64,000 nt of DNA from an uncultured candidatus Porisulfidus sp. (GCA_958431155.1 OY288106.1:717161-781160), one strand, 5' to 3'; positions 1 to 9,908 are shown, counted from the first letter of the stretch. Numbers and translations are program-made. Notes: generated from the letters alone by a model not told the origin.

Positions 1-1658
1 ATTACGACCACAATGTGGGGCAGATGTTCCAATGGTGGCGCCTCCTCTCCCTCGCCGAGGTTCTCGTAGGTCGGATCCGGAATGTTTTCCTCGTTCTTGC
101 CCGCTTCTTCAACCTTCCGGTTGTAGCCATTCAGGTTGCGCACGCCCAGTCTCGACATGACCGTGTAGCGCTTTTCCATCTGGCTCACGCACCACAGCAG
201 GGCCTGGGCCGCTTGCCCCATATTCGTGACCACCGGGGTCAGCAAATGGGGAATTCCTTCGTAAATAGCGAGTTCCAGCATCTTCGGATCGATCAGGATC
301 AGCCGCAGGTCCTTTGGTAGGGCCTTGTACAACAGACTCATGATCATGGCATTGATTGCCACCGATTTCCCGGAGCCGGTCGTGCCGGCGACCAGCAAGT
401 GCGGCATTTTCGCCAGATCGCAGACTATCGGCTCGCCATTGATGCTCTTGCCGAGTGCCAATGTCAGCAGGGACGAAGACTGGTTGAATGCGGCCGAACT
501 CAGGATCTCGCTGACCATGACCATTTCTCGGTCTTCGTTCGGCACCTCGAGGCCGATCACCGATTTCCCCTCGACCACCTCTTCCACGCGGACGCTGACC
601 ACCGACAGCGAGCGCGCCAAATCCTTCGCGTAGCTGCTGATCTTGCTGCCTCGCACTCCCGGGGCCGGCTCCAGGTCGAAACGGGTCACGATCGGGCCGG
701 GAGTCACGGCCACAACCGTAACATCTACTTTGAATTCTTCCATTTTAATTTCAATCTGTTTTGACATATTGCTAAGGGCTTCCTCAGAATATCCCATGCT
801 CCCTTCCATGGGTTCGTCCAACAGGTCGAGAGGCGGATGTTTTTCGGTGCCGCTGGCAGGCAACAGGGAAATCTGTTTCTCTCTTGCCTGCCTCTTGGCA
901 TCGGCCTCGATCTGGATTTTCGGTTCGATCCGGGTGGGACTCTTGGTTGCCCTCTTCGCCTTGGTCCGTTTTCGCTTTTCTTCCCGTTGCTGACGGTCCT
1001 GGCGACCGGAAAAATACTCCTGTGCCCACCGAATCCCCGCCACGATCGCGGTACCCGACTCCCAAGCCAGCTTGCCGGCCAGGTCCACGACCTTCAACCA
1101 TGAGAAACTTGTCCACAAAGTGACACCGACGAACAACAGGGCCAGCAGCAGGACGGTCGCGCCGACCTCGCTGAACACCGCAACAAATCCCCCTGCGACT
1201 CCTTGGCCGATCAATCCCCCGCTCCCGACCGGCAGCCCCGGTGCCAGCAGGTAGATTCCGATCAGGGAGCAGCCCGCCATCAGCGTCACGAAAAATCCAC
1301 TCCACCGCATCGCGGTCAGCCCCCAAGTGGATTTCCCCGCCTCCCCTGGAATTGCCTTCTGGCTGTACAGCAGCCAGCCGTGATATCCCAGCATGAACGG
1401 GACCAGATACGCGACATAGCCCAAGAGATGCAGTAGCAGATCGGCGATGACCGCCCCCACCTTCCCGGCCGCATTGCGGACCCCACCCTCCCCGGTATCC
1501 AGCCAGCTCGGATCGTCCGGGTGGTAGGTGATCAGCGCAACCAGCAGATAGACGGCCAGCGCCGTGAAGACGAGCAACGCGCCCTCGCGGAACACCGGAG
1601 ACATGCGAGGAGGCTGTGAATCCTTCTGCTTCGCGCGCTTGGGGGATTTTTTCTTCAA
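1..1658 (-). CDS. ftsK: DNA translocase FtsK (3' end runs off the window)
   Basis: Frame not in ORF track; read manually: N-terminal TM segment (LLVALITYHPDDPSW), HLLVAGTTGSGKS Walker A near 365-400, LLMIDPKMLE motif. Start TTG 1658 or ATG 1604. Confidence 0.93.
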   Translation of the reverse strand, partial: MKKKSPKRAKQKDSQPPRMSPVFREGALLVFTALAVYLLVALITYHPDDPSWLDTGEGGVRNAAGKVGAVIADLLLHLLGYVAYLVPFMLGYHGWLLYSQKAIPGEAGKSTWGLTAMRWSGFFVTLMAGCSLIGIYLLAPGLPVGSGGLIGQGVAGGFVAVFSEVGATVLLLALLFVGVTLWTSFSWLKVVDLAGKLAWESGTAIVAGIRWAQEYFSGRQDRQQREEKRKRTKAKRATKSPTRIEPKIQIEADAKRQAREKQISLLPASGTEKHPPLDLLDEPMEGSMGYSEEALSNMSKQIEIKMEEFKVDVTVVAVTPGPIVTRFDLEPAPGVRGSKISSYAKDLARSLSVVSVRVEEVVEGKSVIGLEVPNEDREMVMVSEILSSAAFNQSSSLLTLALGKSINGEPIVCDLAKMPHLLVAGTTGSGKSVAINAMIMSLLYKALPKDLRLILIDPKMLELAIYEGIPHLLTPVVTNMGQAAQALLWCVSQMEKRYTVMSRLGVRNLNGYNRKVEEAGKNEENIPDPTYENLGEGEEAPPLEHLPHIVVV

Positions 1659-1716
1659 AACGGGAACGGGAGTGTTTGCTCAATTATAGGATACGGCGCT
1701 CGCCGGGATTCGGTAA

Positions 1717-2685
<969 letters not shown>

Positions 2686-2686
2686 A

Positions 2687-3715
2687 TTACTCGGGCTCCT
2701 CGCCCCCTTCAAGGATATCGGACCAGCGCAACGCCATGCTGTTGTGCGCGAAAGACGGAATCCGGAATGCCCAGCCCTCGAGGTGTCGGGCAAGCAGGTC
2801 CGCCTGGGCATGATCCTCCTCACTCATGTTCTCTCCCAAATGCACCGTAAAGCGCGCATACCGCTCCACACCCACGGAGAACAGACGCGCCTCCAAGCTG
2901 TAGCCCTGGTAGAACTCGTACCTGGCACGGGCGACATCCTTTAGGTAGACCTCGGCCTGGGACGCCGGCATGACGTCCTCCAACGACAGGCTGGTGATGG
3001 CACTGGCCATGCGGTTGAGCGCGTATTCGCTTTTCAGCACCGCACCTTCCGGGAGGTTTAGCACGGTGAATTTCACGTCCTCCGCCTCTTCCGCGCGTTG
3101 CCCCTCGATTCTTTCGCCGTCCGGGTGAACGACTTCCATGCGGGACACCTGTTCCATCCCGATGTCCAGCAGGTTCGTATCGAGCCAGCGCCGCGGCTCT
3201 TCCGGAATCGTGAAGGTTCGGTCCACGAGCCAGCTTTGATCGGCGTCGGCGTTCCTCACATAGGTGGCGCTGCGCCCATCCGGGCTCGTGCCGATGCGAA
3301 CTGACCGCTCGCCGTCTGCGGAATGGAGTGTGACCAACCGCCCTTTCGCATCCAACCGTTCGATGCCGCCTAGGCCCAACTGGGCATGCTGCGCCGGGTC
3401 GCTGGTCTTGCGTTCCAGCAGTTTCGCCTCCGACAGATCCAGCAGAAGGCTGCGGATGGCTCCGACGTTCGCGGGGTAGTGCTGGCGCTGCACCACGCCC
3501 CAGCCCTCCGGGCGGCGCTCCAAGGTGACCTCCGGCACATTTCCAGGGCCGGTGACGTCAATGCGGGTGACAGAGTTGATGTCGAGATTCTCGAGCCACA
3601 AGGTCCCCATGTATTCCTGATCGCCGGACTGATGGCGGATGTTGTACATCACGGCCGTCAGTAACAGTACGGCCCCGGTCAGGACTGCCAGAATGCTCAA
3701 CTCGCGGCGGCTCAT
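2687..3715 (-). CDS. DUF4340-domain membrane-anchored periplasmic protein
   Basis: N-terminal TM helix, W-x-V...YPA and LGL motifs, usual position after GldG; ATG 3715 overlaps the upstream stop (ATGA). Confidence 0.75.
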   Translation of the reverse strand: MSRRELSILAVLTGAVLLLTAVMYNIRHQSGDQEYMGTLWLENLDINSVTRIDVTGPGNVPEVTLERRPEGWGVVQRQHYPANVGAIRSLLLDLSEAKLLERKTSDPAQHAQLGLGGIERLDAKGRLVTLHSADGERSVRIGTSPDGRSATYVRNADADQSWLVDRTFTIPEEPRRWLDTNLLDIGMEQVSRMEVVHPDGERIEGQRAEEAEDVKFTVLNLPEGAVLKSEYALNRMASAITSLSLEDVMPASQAEVYLKDVARARYEFYQGYSLEARLFSVGVERYARFTVHLGENMSEEDHAQADLLARHLEGWAFRIPSFAHNSMALRWSDILEGGEEPE

Positions 3716-5595
3716 GAGGTCACCTTCCGGGCGCGGCGCCGGCGTTGGAAGAGCCACAGGCCGACTGCCGCCATGGTGATGAGAATCGGAACCAACCAGA
3801 TGTTGATCAGGCGCAGAATAGAGCCCAGGTGCTCGATATCCCGATCCAATTCGTGCCGGACCGAGCGCAGTTCACGTCGCACCCGCAACCGTTCCTGTTG
3901 GAAAGCCTCGATTTCCGCGCGTTGCTGTTCCGTCAGCAGGCTCTGCTCTCCCTCCTGCCTCAACTGCTGAATCCGGCTGATGTTCTCCTCCGCCTCCTGC
4001 AACCGCTTCTGGAGTTCTTCCTCTTTGGCATGAAACCGTTGTTCCGCCTGTCGGCGCAATTGTTCGACCACATGGAACGGCCGCGAGAATTCCGAGCGCC
4101 CGCGCAAGCCGATCAGGTCACCGCTGCCGGCCAGGCTCTCCAGCGCATTGGTCACGAAATCGCCATTGCTGGCCCAAGCCTGCACGATTCTCTGCCCGAA
4201 AAAGTTCTGCACTCGCGCCCACAGGGTGTCCGACAACATGTCCGCGTCCGCGACTACGATGGCGTCGAGTTTTTCCCGCGCTTCGGCCAGATGGCCATCC
4301 GCGGGTGCCTCCGCTCCTTCGGGCGGGCCAGACGGGTACATGCTTTGCGGCTGCAGCCGGACCCAAGCGGCCAAGGTCAAGGGAACGCCTCCGGGTTCGA
4401 ACCACTCCAGCAAGGCGGTCGGGTCCGGGAGGTACCGGTAGCGCGGCTTGGGGATCTCGCCGGAATCCTCCGAAGTGAACAGCAAGGGCTCGAATTCGCC
4501 TTCGAACGCATCCGTCTTCCTGATCTGGCCCGGGAATCCAAACGTGACCCGGGACAACTGGGCGGAAATCAGGTTGTCCCTGTTGATCCTCTTCTCATCG
4601 AGCCCGATGAACGAGACATGGCGGATCGGGCGCTGGACACTCGGGCTTTGCACCGGCAGGGCCAAGGTGCGGTCGGCCACAATTGCGTCCATGTCGACCT
4701 GAAGCCCCCAGACATCCAGCAATCTCTCGATCTCGGACGCCTGAATCCCCCCGGCATCCGGAGGGCTGCTGGCATCCTGGAACATGGGATCCTTGTCCGC
4801 GTAGGGGTCGACAAACAGCATCAGACGCCCTCCGCGCATCAGGAACTGGTCCACCGCGTAGAGCATTTTCTCGGATAGCCCTTTCGGGTGAATCAACATC
4901 AGGATGCGAATATCCGGATCGATCGCCCCGGACTCGAGATCGATCTGGCGAGTCTCGAACGACTGCCCGATTTGATCGAGAATTGCCCATTCGGGCGTCG
5001 ATCGCTGGCTCGCCAGGTCAAAACCTCCGAACACCTGCAGACTGGTCAATATTCCGACTACGGGCTTCGCCGGATTCGTCAGGGCGTAGATCAACTGGCT
5101 GATGTCGTATTCGAGGAAAGCTTCCCGGTCTGGTTGGAAAAATTCGATAACCTCGACGTCGTCCACCACGTTCGTGCCAACCAGGCCGAAGTACAGCTTG
5201 TCGCCGCCCTGCACCGGGACCGATTGCAGGTTGAATTCCGTCGCCCGATCTTCCTCTTCCGAGTACGGCGCCGGATCGATCACATGCAGGATCAATCGGC
5301 CGTCCGCGTAATGCGTATATTCTTCCAGCAACTCCCGGACCCTTCGCGCGTAGTTGCGCAGGTGGGCGTTTTCCGAACTGGCCCGATCCGAGAAGAACAG
5401 ATACAGGTTGATCGGTTGCTGGATGTCGTCGAGAACCTTCAGGGTCCCTTCGCTCATGGTGTAGAGCTTCTGCTCGGTCAGGTCCAGCCTCATGTTGTCC
5501 AGGGCCAGATTGCTCAGCATGATGCCCGAGACGAACAGCACGGCCAGCAGACTCAGGCCAGCCGCCGTATAGGTCTTGTTGTCCGGGCTGTTCAT
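3712..5595 (-). CDS. GldG-family ABC transporter auxiliary protein
   Basis: RLDLTEQKLYTMSEGT, LEYDISQLI, DQFLMRGGRLMLFVDP, N- and C-terminal TM helices, C-terminal coiled coil; ATG 5595 overlaps the permease stop. Confidence 0.88.
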   Translation of the reverse strand: MNSPDNKTYTAAGLSLLAVLFVSGIMLSNLALDNMRLDLTEQKLYTMSEGTLKVLDDIQQPINLYLFFSDRASSENAHLRNYARRVRELLEEYTHYADGRLILHVIDPAPYSEEEDRATEFNLQSVPVQGGDKLYFGLVGTNVVDDVEVIEFFQPDREAFLEYDISQLIYALTNPAKPVVGILTSLQVFGGFDLASQRSTPEWAILDQIGQSFETRQIDLESGAIDPDIRILMLIHPKGLSEKMLYAVDQFLMRGGRLMLFVDPYADKDPMFQDASSPPDAGGIQASEIERLLDVWGLQVDMDAIVADRTLALPVQSPSVQRPIRHVSFIGLDEKRINRDNLISAQLSRVTFGFPGQIRKTDAFEGEFEPLLFTSEDSGEIPKPRYRYLPDPTALLEWFEPGGVPLTLAAWVRLQPQSMYPSGPPEGAEAPADGHLAEAREKLDAIVVADADMLSDTLWARVQNFFGQRIVQAWASNGDFVTNALESLAGSGDLIGLRGRSEFSRPFHVVEQLRRQAEQRFHAKEEELQKRLQEAEENISRIQQLRQEGEQSLLTEQQRAEIEAFQQERLRVRRELRSVRHELDRDIEHLGSILRLINIWLVPILITMAAVGLWLFQRRRRARKVTS

Positions 5596-6326
5596 GCCGC
5601 CTTGCGGGCCCGAACCACGATCATGTTGGCGTACAGCCAAACCGAGATCAGGATCACGAAATAAGACAGATCCCGCAGATCGATCACGCCCTTGTTGATC
5701 GAGGAAAAATGGGTGAGAAAACTGAGCGACGCGATGGTGTCAACGACCGGTTGGGGCAGCCACAGCTGGAAGAAATCCAACACCAAGGGAAATCCGCTCA
5801 GCAGGAAGAGGAAGCAGGTCACGAGGCTGAGGATGAATGCCACGACCTGGTTGCGCGTGGTCGCGGAAATGCACGCGCCGATCGCCATGAAGCCGCCCGC
5901 CATCAGGAAACTGCCAAAGTAGGCACCCAAAATAATCCCGTTGTCCGGGTCCCCCAAGTAGTTGACCGTGAGCCAGATCGGGAACGTCAGCAGCAACGCG
6001 ATGCCGGTGAATATCCAAGCGGCCAGGAACTTCCCGAGTACGGCCTCGAACACGGTCACCGGAAGCGTAATCAGCAGTTCGATGCTTCCGGTCTTCCGTT
6101 CCTCCGCCCACAGGCGCATGGAAATGGCCGGGACCAGGAACAAGTACAACCACGGATGAAACGTGAAGAACGCGCCCAAGTCCGCTTGTTCGCGCTCGTA
6201 GAAATTCCCCAGATAGAAACTCAGCGCCCCGGACAGCAGGAGGAAAATCATGATGAAGACGTAGGCGACCGGCGTCTGGAAATAGCCGATCAGCTCCCGC
6301 CGCAGGATCGCCAGCAAGTTATTCAT
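5592..6326 (-). CDS. GldF-like ABC-2 permease
   Basis: RELIGYFQTPVAY, PAISMRLWAEERKTGSIELL, GVIDLRD motifs; about 6 TM helices. Confidence 0.9.
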   Translation of the reverse strand: MNNLLAILRRELIGYFQTPVAYVFIMIFLLLSGALSFYLGNFYEREQADLGAFFTFHPWLYLFLVPAISMRLWAEERKTGSIELLITLPVTVFEAVLGKFLAAWIFTGIALLLTFPIWLTVNYLGDPDNGIILGAYFGSFLMAGGFMAIGACISATTRNQVVAFILSLVTCFLFLLSGFPLVLDFFQLWLPQPVVDTIASLSFLTHFSSINKGVIDLRDLSYFVILISVWLYANMIVVRARKAA

Positions 6327-7245
6327 GGATGTTATGGGTCAGAGAGTGGAACACGTCGTCCAGCCGCCCGGCCTGGATGTGCAGCGGGACCTCCTTCAAG
6401 TTATGCCGCAGCAGGACATCGCGGACCGCGTCCTCCAGCATGCAGCCTCGCCGGGGAATCAGGGTCAGGCCCTGATTACGTTCCGGCTCCACCACCGCGA
6501 CATCCTCAAGTTCTCCGAGGGCGGCACGCACCGGCTCCTTCAACTGCGCCTGAATCGTGACCGCATTGCAGTACCGGGAGCGACGCCGCAACTCCTCGGG
6601 AGATTCGTCGACCAGGATCTTGCCTTCGGAGACGATGATGGCCCGGGTGCAGATGGCCTCGACCTCTTCGAGAATATGTGTCGAGATGATGATGGTTTTG
6701 TCGTGCGCCATTTCATTGATGAAGTCGCGCACCTGGCGCTTTTGGTTGGGGTCCAGCCCGTCGGTCGGCTCGTCCATGATCAGCACCCGCGGGTCGTGCA
6801 ACATGGCCTGTGCCAGGCCGACCCGGCGGCGGTAGCCTTTCGACAGTGTGTCGACCGGGCGGTGCAGAACCGGCTCCAGCCCCAGCTGCCCGATCACCCA
6901 GTCCAGCCGCTCGCGCCGGTTTTCCGGGCGCCGGATGTCCGCCACGAAATTCAGGAACTGCCACGGGGTCATCTCGCTGTACGCCGGCGCGCCTTCCGGC
7001 AGGTAGCCCAGGCATTTCTTGGCTTCCTGCGGCTCCGTGGCCACCGGATGCCCGCAGACCGATACCCGGCCGGAGGTCGGCGGAAGAAAGCCGGTGATTA
7101 TCTTCATGGTCGTGGACTTCCCGGCGCCGTTCGGGCCGAGAAAACCCAGGACCTCGCCTGGCCCGACCTCGAAACTCAAGTCATCGACGGCATGCAGGTC
7201 GCCGTAGATCTTGACCAGGTTCTCGACCACAACTGATCCGGACAT
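6319..7245 (-). CDS. GldA-like ABC transporter ATP-binding protein
   Basis: GPNGAGKST Walker A, LSKGYRRR signature, IMDEPT Walker B, STH switch. Confidence 0.92.
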   Translation of the reverse strand: MSGSVVVENLVKIYGDLHAVDDLSFEVGPGEVLGFLGPNGAGKSTTMKIITGFLPPTSGRVSVCGHPVATEPQEAKKCLGYLPEGAPAYSEMTPWQFLNFVADIRRPENRRERLDWVIGQLGLEPVLHRPVDTLSKGYRRRVGLAQAMLHDPRVLIMDEPTDGLDPNQKRQVRDFINEMAHDKTIIISTHILEEVEAICTRAIIVSEGKILVDESPEELRRRSRYCNAVTIQAQLKEPVRAALGELEDVAVVEPERNQGLTLIPRRGCMLEDAVRDVLLRHNLKEVPLHIQAGRLDDVFHSLTHNIHE

Positions 7246-7302
7246 CTGAATTTTCCTCTGCTTCCTTATCGAGTGTTGGGTTGTTTCAGGAAGTACTGGT
7301 TA

Positions 7303-7330
7303 ACATGGGGATTGTGTCTGTCGTTTCAAG
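7303..7330 (-). promoter_or_regulatory. Putative sigma32 (RpoH) promoter of the Gld-like ABC operon
   Basis: Minus strand reads CTTGAAA-N13-CCCCATGT, matching the CTTGAAA/CCCCATnT consensus, 57 nt before the ATG at 7245. Confidence 0.7.
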
Positions 7331-7372
7331 CGGGATCCTGCCATCCTACGCGCAATCAAGCCCGACAGACTT

Positions 7373-8431
7373 CTAATTCTGATAATAGTAATCGTAGCGC
7401 CTGAGTAAATCCAGCGAGAACCGCCAGCCTTCCTGGTAGGTCAGGTTGCTGTCCATCGGAATCACGATCCGGACGAACAGCTTGTCGCCGTGTTCCTGCT
7501 TGAGCCCCGACAGAACCCGGTGCATTTCCTCTTTCTCGACAGGCTCGAATTTCGCGGCGTCCGGAGGCTTGAGCATAAGGGACGGCTGCCCCTCCACCTT
7601 CCGGTAGCGAACGGCGGCCACCACCTTGCCCAAGGGGCTGCGGGCCGGCTTCGACAGAGCCGCGTACTTCTCGCCCATTTGCTCGTACTCCTTCTGCAGG
7701 AGTTCCAGCTCTTCGCGAGTCTGTCGCTGCTGCTTCTCGACCTCCACGTACATCTGCTCGCGCAGCACGCCTTCCTCCTGCATCTGCGCCAGCTGCTCCT
7801 GCACCTCAAGCAACTCCTGCCTCCGCTCCGCGCTGATGGTCTGGCTCTCCCGCATTTCGGCCTGCACCCGCGCATGCTCCTCCCGTATGTCCGCCAACTG
7901 AGCCTGCTGCTCGGCCAACGCGGTCTGCGCGCCAGCCAGATCCCTCTCCCTTGCCTCCAACTGCCCGATCTTGCCCTGCAGCGCCTCACGGGTCTTCTCC
8001 ATGCGGGTCCGCATTTCGGCCTGCGCCCGCGCATGCTCCTCCCGTACGTCCACCAACTGAGCCTGCTGCTCGGCCAACGCGGTCTGCGCGCCGGCCAGAT
8101 CCCTCTCCCTTGCCTCCAGCTGCCCGATCTTGCCCTGCAGCGCCTCACGGGTCTTCTCCATGCGGGTCCGCATTTCCCCCAACTCAAGCTGGAGCAGTAT
8201 CTGGCGCAGGTTCAGGTCTTCCGCCCGCTCCCTGGCCTGCTGTTCCAGCGCGGCCGTCTCCTGGACTTGTCTGGACAGGTCCCAGTTGTGCAGGACTGCC
8301 ACCGTGCCGGACAGCAAAAACACGATGACCACGACCATCATGATGTCGGTGAAGGACGGCCAGAAGTTTTCCTCGTTGATCGAGGACAAGGGGAAAGCGT
8401 AGTCGGGAAGCGAGGATTGACTGCCGATCAT
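7373..8431 (-). CDS. MotB/ZorB-like single-pass protein with long coiled coil and small C-terminal domain
   Basis: FWPSFTDIMMVVVIVFLL TM helix with the conserved Asp, about 200 aa of Q/E/R/L-rich coiled coil, 6 bp downstream of the MotA-like gene. Confidence 0.75.
   Translation of the reverse strand: MIGSQSSLPDYAFPLSSINEENFWPSFTDIMMVVVIVFLLSGTVAVLHNWDLSRQVQETAALEQQARERAEDLNLRQILLQLELGEMRTRMEKTREALQGKIGQLEARERDLAGAQTALAEQQAQLVDVREEHARAQAEMRTRMEKTREALQGKIGQLEARERDLAGAQTALAEQQAQLADIREEHARVQAEMRESQTISAERRQELLEVQEQLAQMQEEGVLREQMYVEVEKQQRQTREELELLQKEYEQMGEKYAALSKPARSPLGKVVAAVRYRKVEGQPSLMLKPPDAAKFEPVEKEEMHRVLSGLKQEHGDKLFVRIVIPMDSNLTYQEGWRFSLDLLRRYDYYYQN
7851..8176. repeat. In-frame tandem duplication, 159-bp unit (53 aa), 2 copies
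   Basis: 7851-8009 vs 8010-8168 differ at 5 positions; CGCATTTC recurs at 7851, 8010 and 8169. Confidence 0.95.
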
Positions 8432-8437
8432 GATTCC

Positions 8438-9283
8438 TTACTGATCCAGCCGGAACCCTTTCTTCAGGGTCTGGTTAACCTTTCGCAGCGCTTCCAGCAG
8501 CTGCTCGTCTTGTTCGTTCTGCACGTGCCTTTCATGCCGCGTGGCGTCAAGATGGGGGGTCAGGCTCGCGCCGTCTCGCGTGACCAGCGGCAGAACCCGC
8601 CGCAAAGTCAGCAGCTCGATCCGCTGGCACACACTGGACTGACCAGCCACCAGCCGGGAAAAGATGAGAGTCAGTACCAGATAGGCCGCGATGGCTGTCA
8701 TCGTGGTGGAGAGCGCTGTCGCCATCCCGTGGACCACCAAGGTGATGCCGCCTCCGTTCTGCGGGAAGGACAACAGGTCGGAAGCCCCGACTAGAGCCAG
8801 AGACAGCGATGCGACCGTACCGAACACGCCGAGCAGGATCAGCAGGCTCTGTATCAGGCGGATCAGGCCGAGGCGCGTCACCTCCTGGTTCATCAGGATG
8901 GCCGACAAGGCCGCCTGCTGAGGGCGATCCAGTTCCGACTGGCTTTGCTGAAAAACGCGGTAGCGCTGCACGATCAGGGAGTCGGACAGATCTTCGATAC
9001 CGGCTTCGGTCAGGCCGAAATTCATTTGTTCCTCGAACTGGTCGATGGAACGGTTTTCGCGGGTGTAGTCGAGCAGCAGGTAGAAAATCCGCCCCAGTGC
9101 CACCAGAAACAACGCGACGATGATACTGTTGACGACCATGCCGAGTTCTGTCGCCAGAGGCCCCCAGTAGATTTCTGCCAAGACCGCTCTTTGCCAGACC
9201 AGCAAGCTGGCGAACAGGAGCAATGCGACTCCCGCCTGTAGCATCATGAAGTGGGGACGGCTCGTAAAAATCTTATGAATCAT
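8438..9283 (-). CDS. MotA/TolQ/ExbB proton-channel family protein
   Basis: LLGVFGTV and GMATALSTT channel helices with the conserved Thr residues; two further N-terminal TM helices; ATG 9283 preferred over ORF-track 9346. Confidence 0.82.
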   Translation of the reverse strand: MIHKIFTSRPHFMMLQAGVALLLFASLLVWQRAVLAEIYWGPLATELGMVVNSIIVALFLVALGRIFYLLLDYTRENRSIDQFEEQMNFGLTEAGIEDLSDSLIVQRYRVFQQSQSELDRPQQAALSAILMNQEVTRLGLIRLIQSLLILLGVFGTVASLSLALVGASDLLSFPQNGGGITLVVHGMATALSTTMTAIAAYLVLTLIFSRLVAGQSSVCQRIELLTLRRVLPLVTRDGASLTPHLDATRHERHVQNEQDEQLLEALRKVNQTLKKGFRLDQ

Positions 9284-9366
9284 AGCGTTAGCGATAAAAT
9301 ATTGCCCGTTTTCAATCTCTTGAATCGGGGAAGTATAGCAGAGCAAGGTGTTCTCTTGCCGGTTTG

Positions 9367-9669
9367 TGGTGCGGGCGGAGGGATTCGAACCCCCACGGGC
9401 AAAGCCCAGCGGATTTTCGCACCAGCTACGGCTTTCGCCGCCGCCGCTTGCGCGGCGTTTGTGGTCCGGACTATCCCTTCACCTTAGCCATCCGGCCTTA
9501 GGTGCTGCCCGTCTAGTCTCTACACCTTCCCGAAAGTTCCCTTCCGGGCTTGGCTCGGGATCGCCATTCCACAGGGTTCCCCGAATTTGAGCAGTTCTGC
9601 ATCTCCGGTTTCCCGAAGAGCACTCAATGGCCTCAAGTCCGCAGCGTCTACCGATTCCGCCACGCCCGC
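9367..9669 (-). tRNA. leuZ: tRNA-Leu(UAA), split by an intron (exon 1 9635-9669, exon 2 9367-9417)
   Basis: Joined exons give an 86-nt type II tRNA: acceptor GCGGGCG/CGCCCGC-A-CCA, anticodon arm GCGGA-CT T^AA AA-TCCGC, GGTTCGAATCC T-arm. Confidence 0.93.
9418..9634 (-). ncRNA. Group I self-splicing intron (IC3-like), 217 nt, no ORF
   Basis: Follows anticodon U and ends in G; guide GAGT pairs with exon ACTT (U.G); P AAATTCGGGGAA, Q GATCCCGAGC, R GTGTAGAGACTAGACGG, S AAGGGATAGTCC; GNRA-capped P2 and P9. Confidence 0.93.
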
Positions 9670-9705
9670 AACGCGCCTATCATAGTGTAAAGGGAGTAAG
9701 GATGG

Positions 9706-9779
9706 TGGAGGCTGAGGTCGGAATCGAACCGGCGTCCACGGCTTTGCAGGCCGCTGCATAACCACTCTGCCACTCAGCC
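9706..9779 (-). tRNA. cysT: tRNA-Cys(GCA)
   Basis: 74-nt cloverleaf GGCTGAG...CT GCA AA...GGTTCGATTCC...CTCAGCC-T-CCA. Confidence 0.96.
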
Positions 9780-9818
9780 CCTGCTGCCCTGACCCGGCAA
9801 TCGGACCTCGGTAGGAAC

Positions 9819-9894
9819 TGGAGCGGGAAACCGGGTTCGAACCGGCGACCTTAACCTTGGCAAGGTTACGCTCTACCAACTGAGCTATTCCCGC
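9819..9894 (-). tRNA. glyW: tRNA-Gly(GCC)
   Basis: 76-nt GCGGGAATAGCTCAGTTGGTAGAGC...TT GCC AA...TCCCGCTCCA. Confidence 0.97.
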
Positions 9895-9908
9895 CCCGCG
9901 AGGCCAAA

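Noticed and set aside
784..1683. 299-aa minus-strand ORF in the track
   Set aside because: Out-of-frame shadow of ftsK; the true frame carries the FtsK motifs and is missing from the track because it has no stop in the window
7490..8794. 434-aa plus-strand ORF
   Set aside because: Antisense mirror of the Q/E-rich coiled-coil gene
7373..9283. Zorya anti-phage system
   Set aside because: The A subunit lacks the long cytoplasmic tail, the B subunit lacks an OmpA motif, and no zorC/D/E genes are adjacent
7246..9366. Genomic island integrated at the tRNA-Leu 3' end
   Set aside because: No integrase and no duplicated tRNA 3' end found by eye; composition resembles flanking genes
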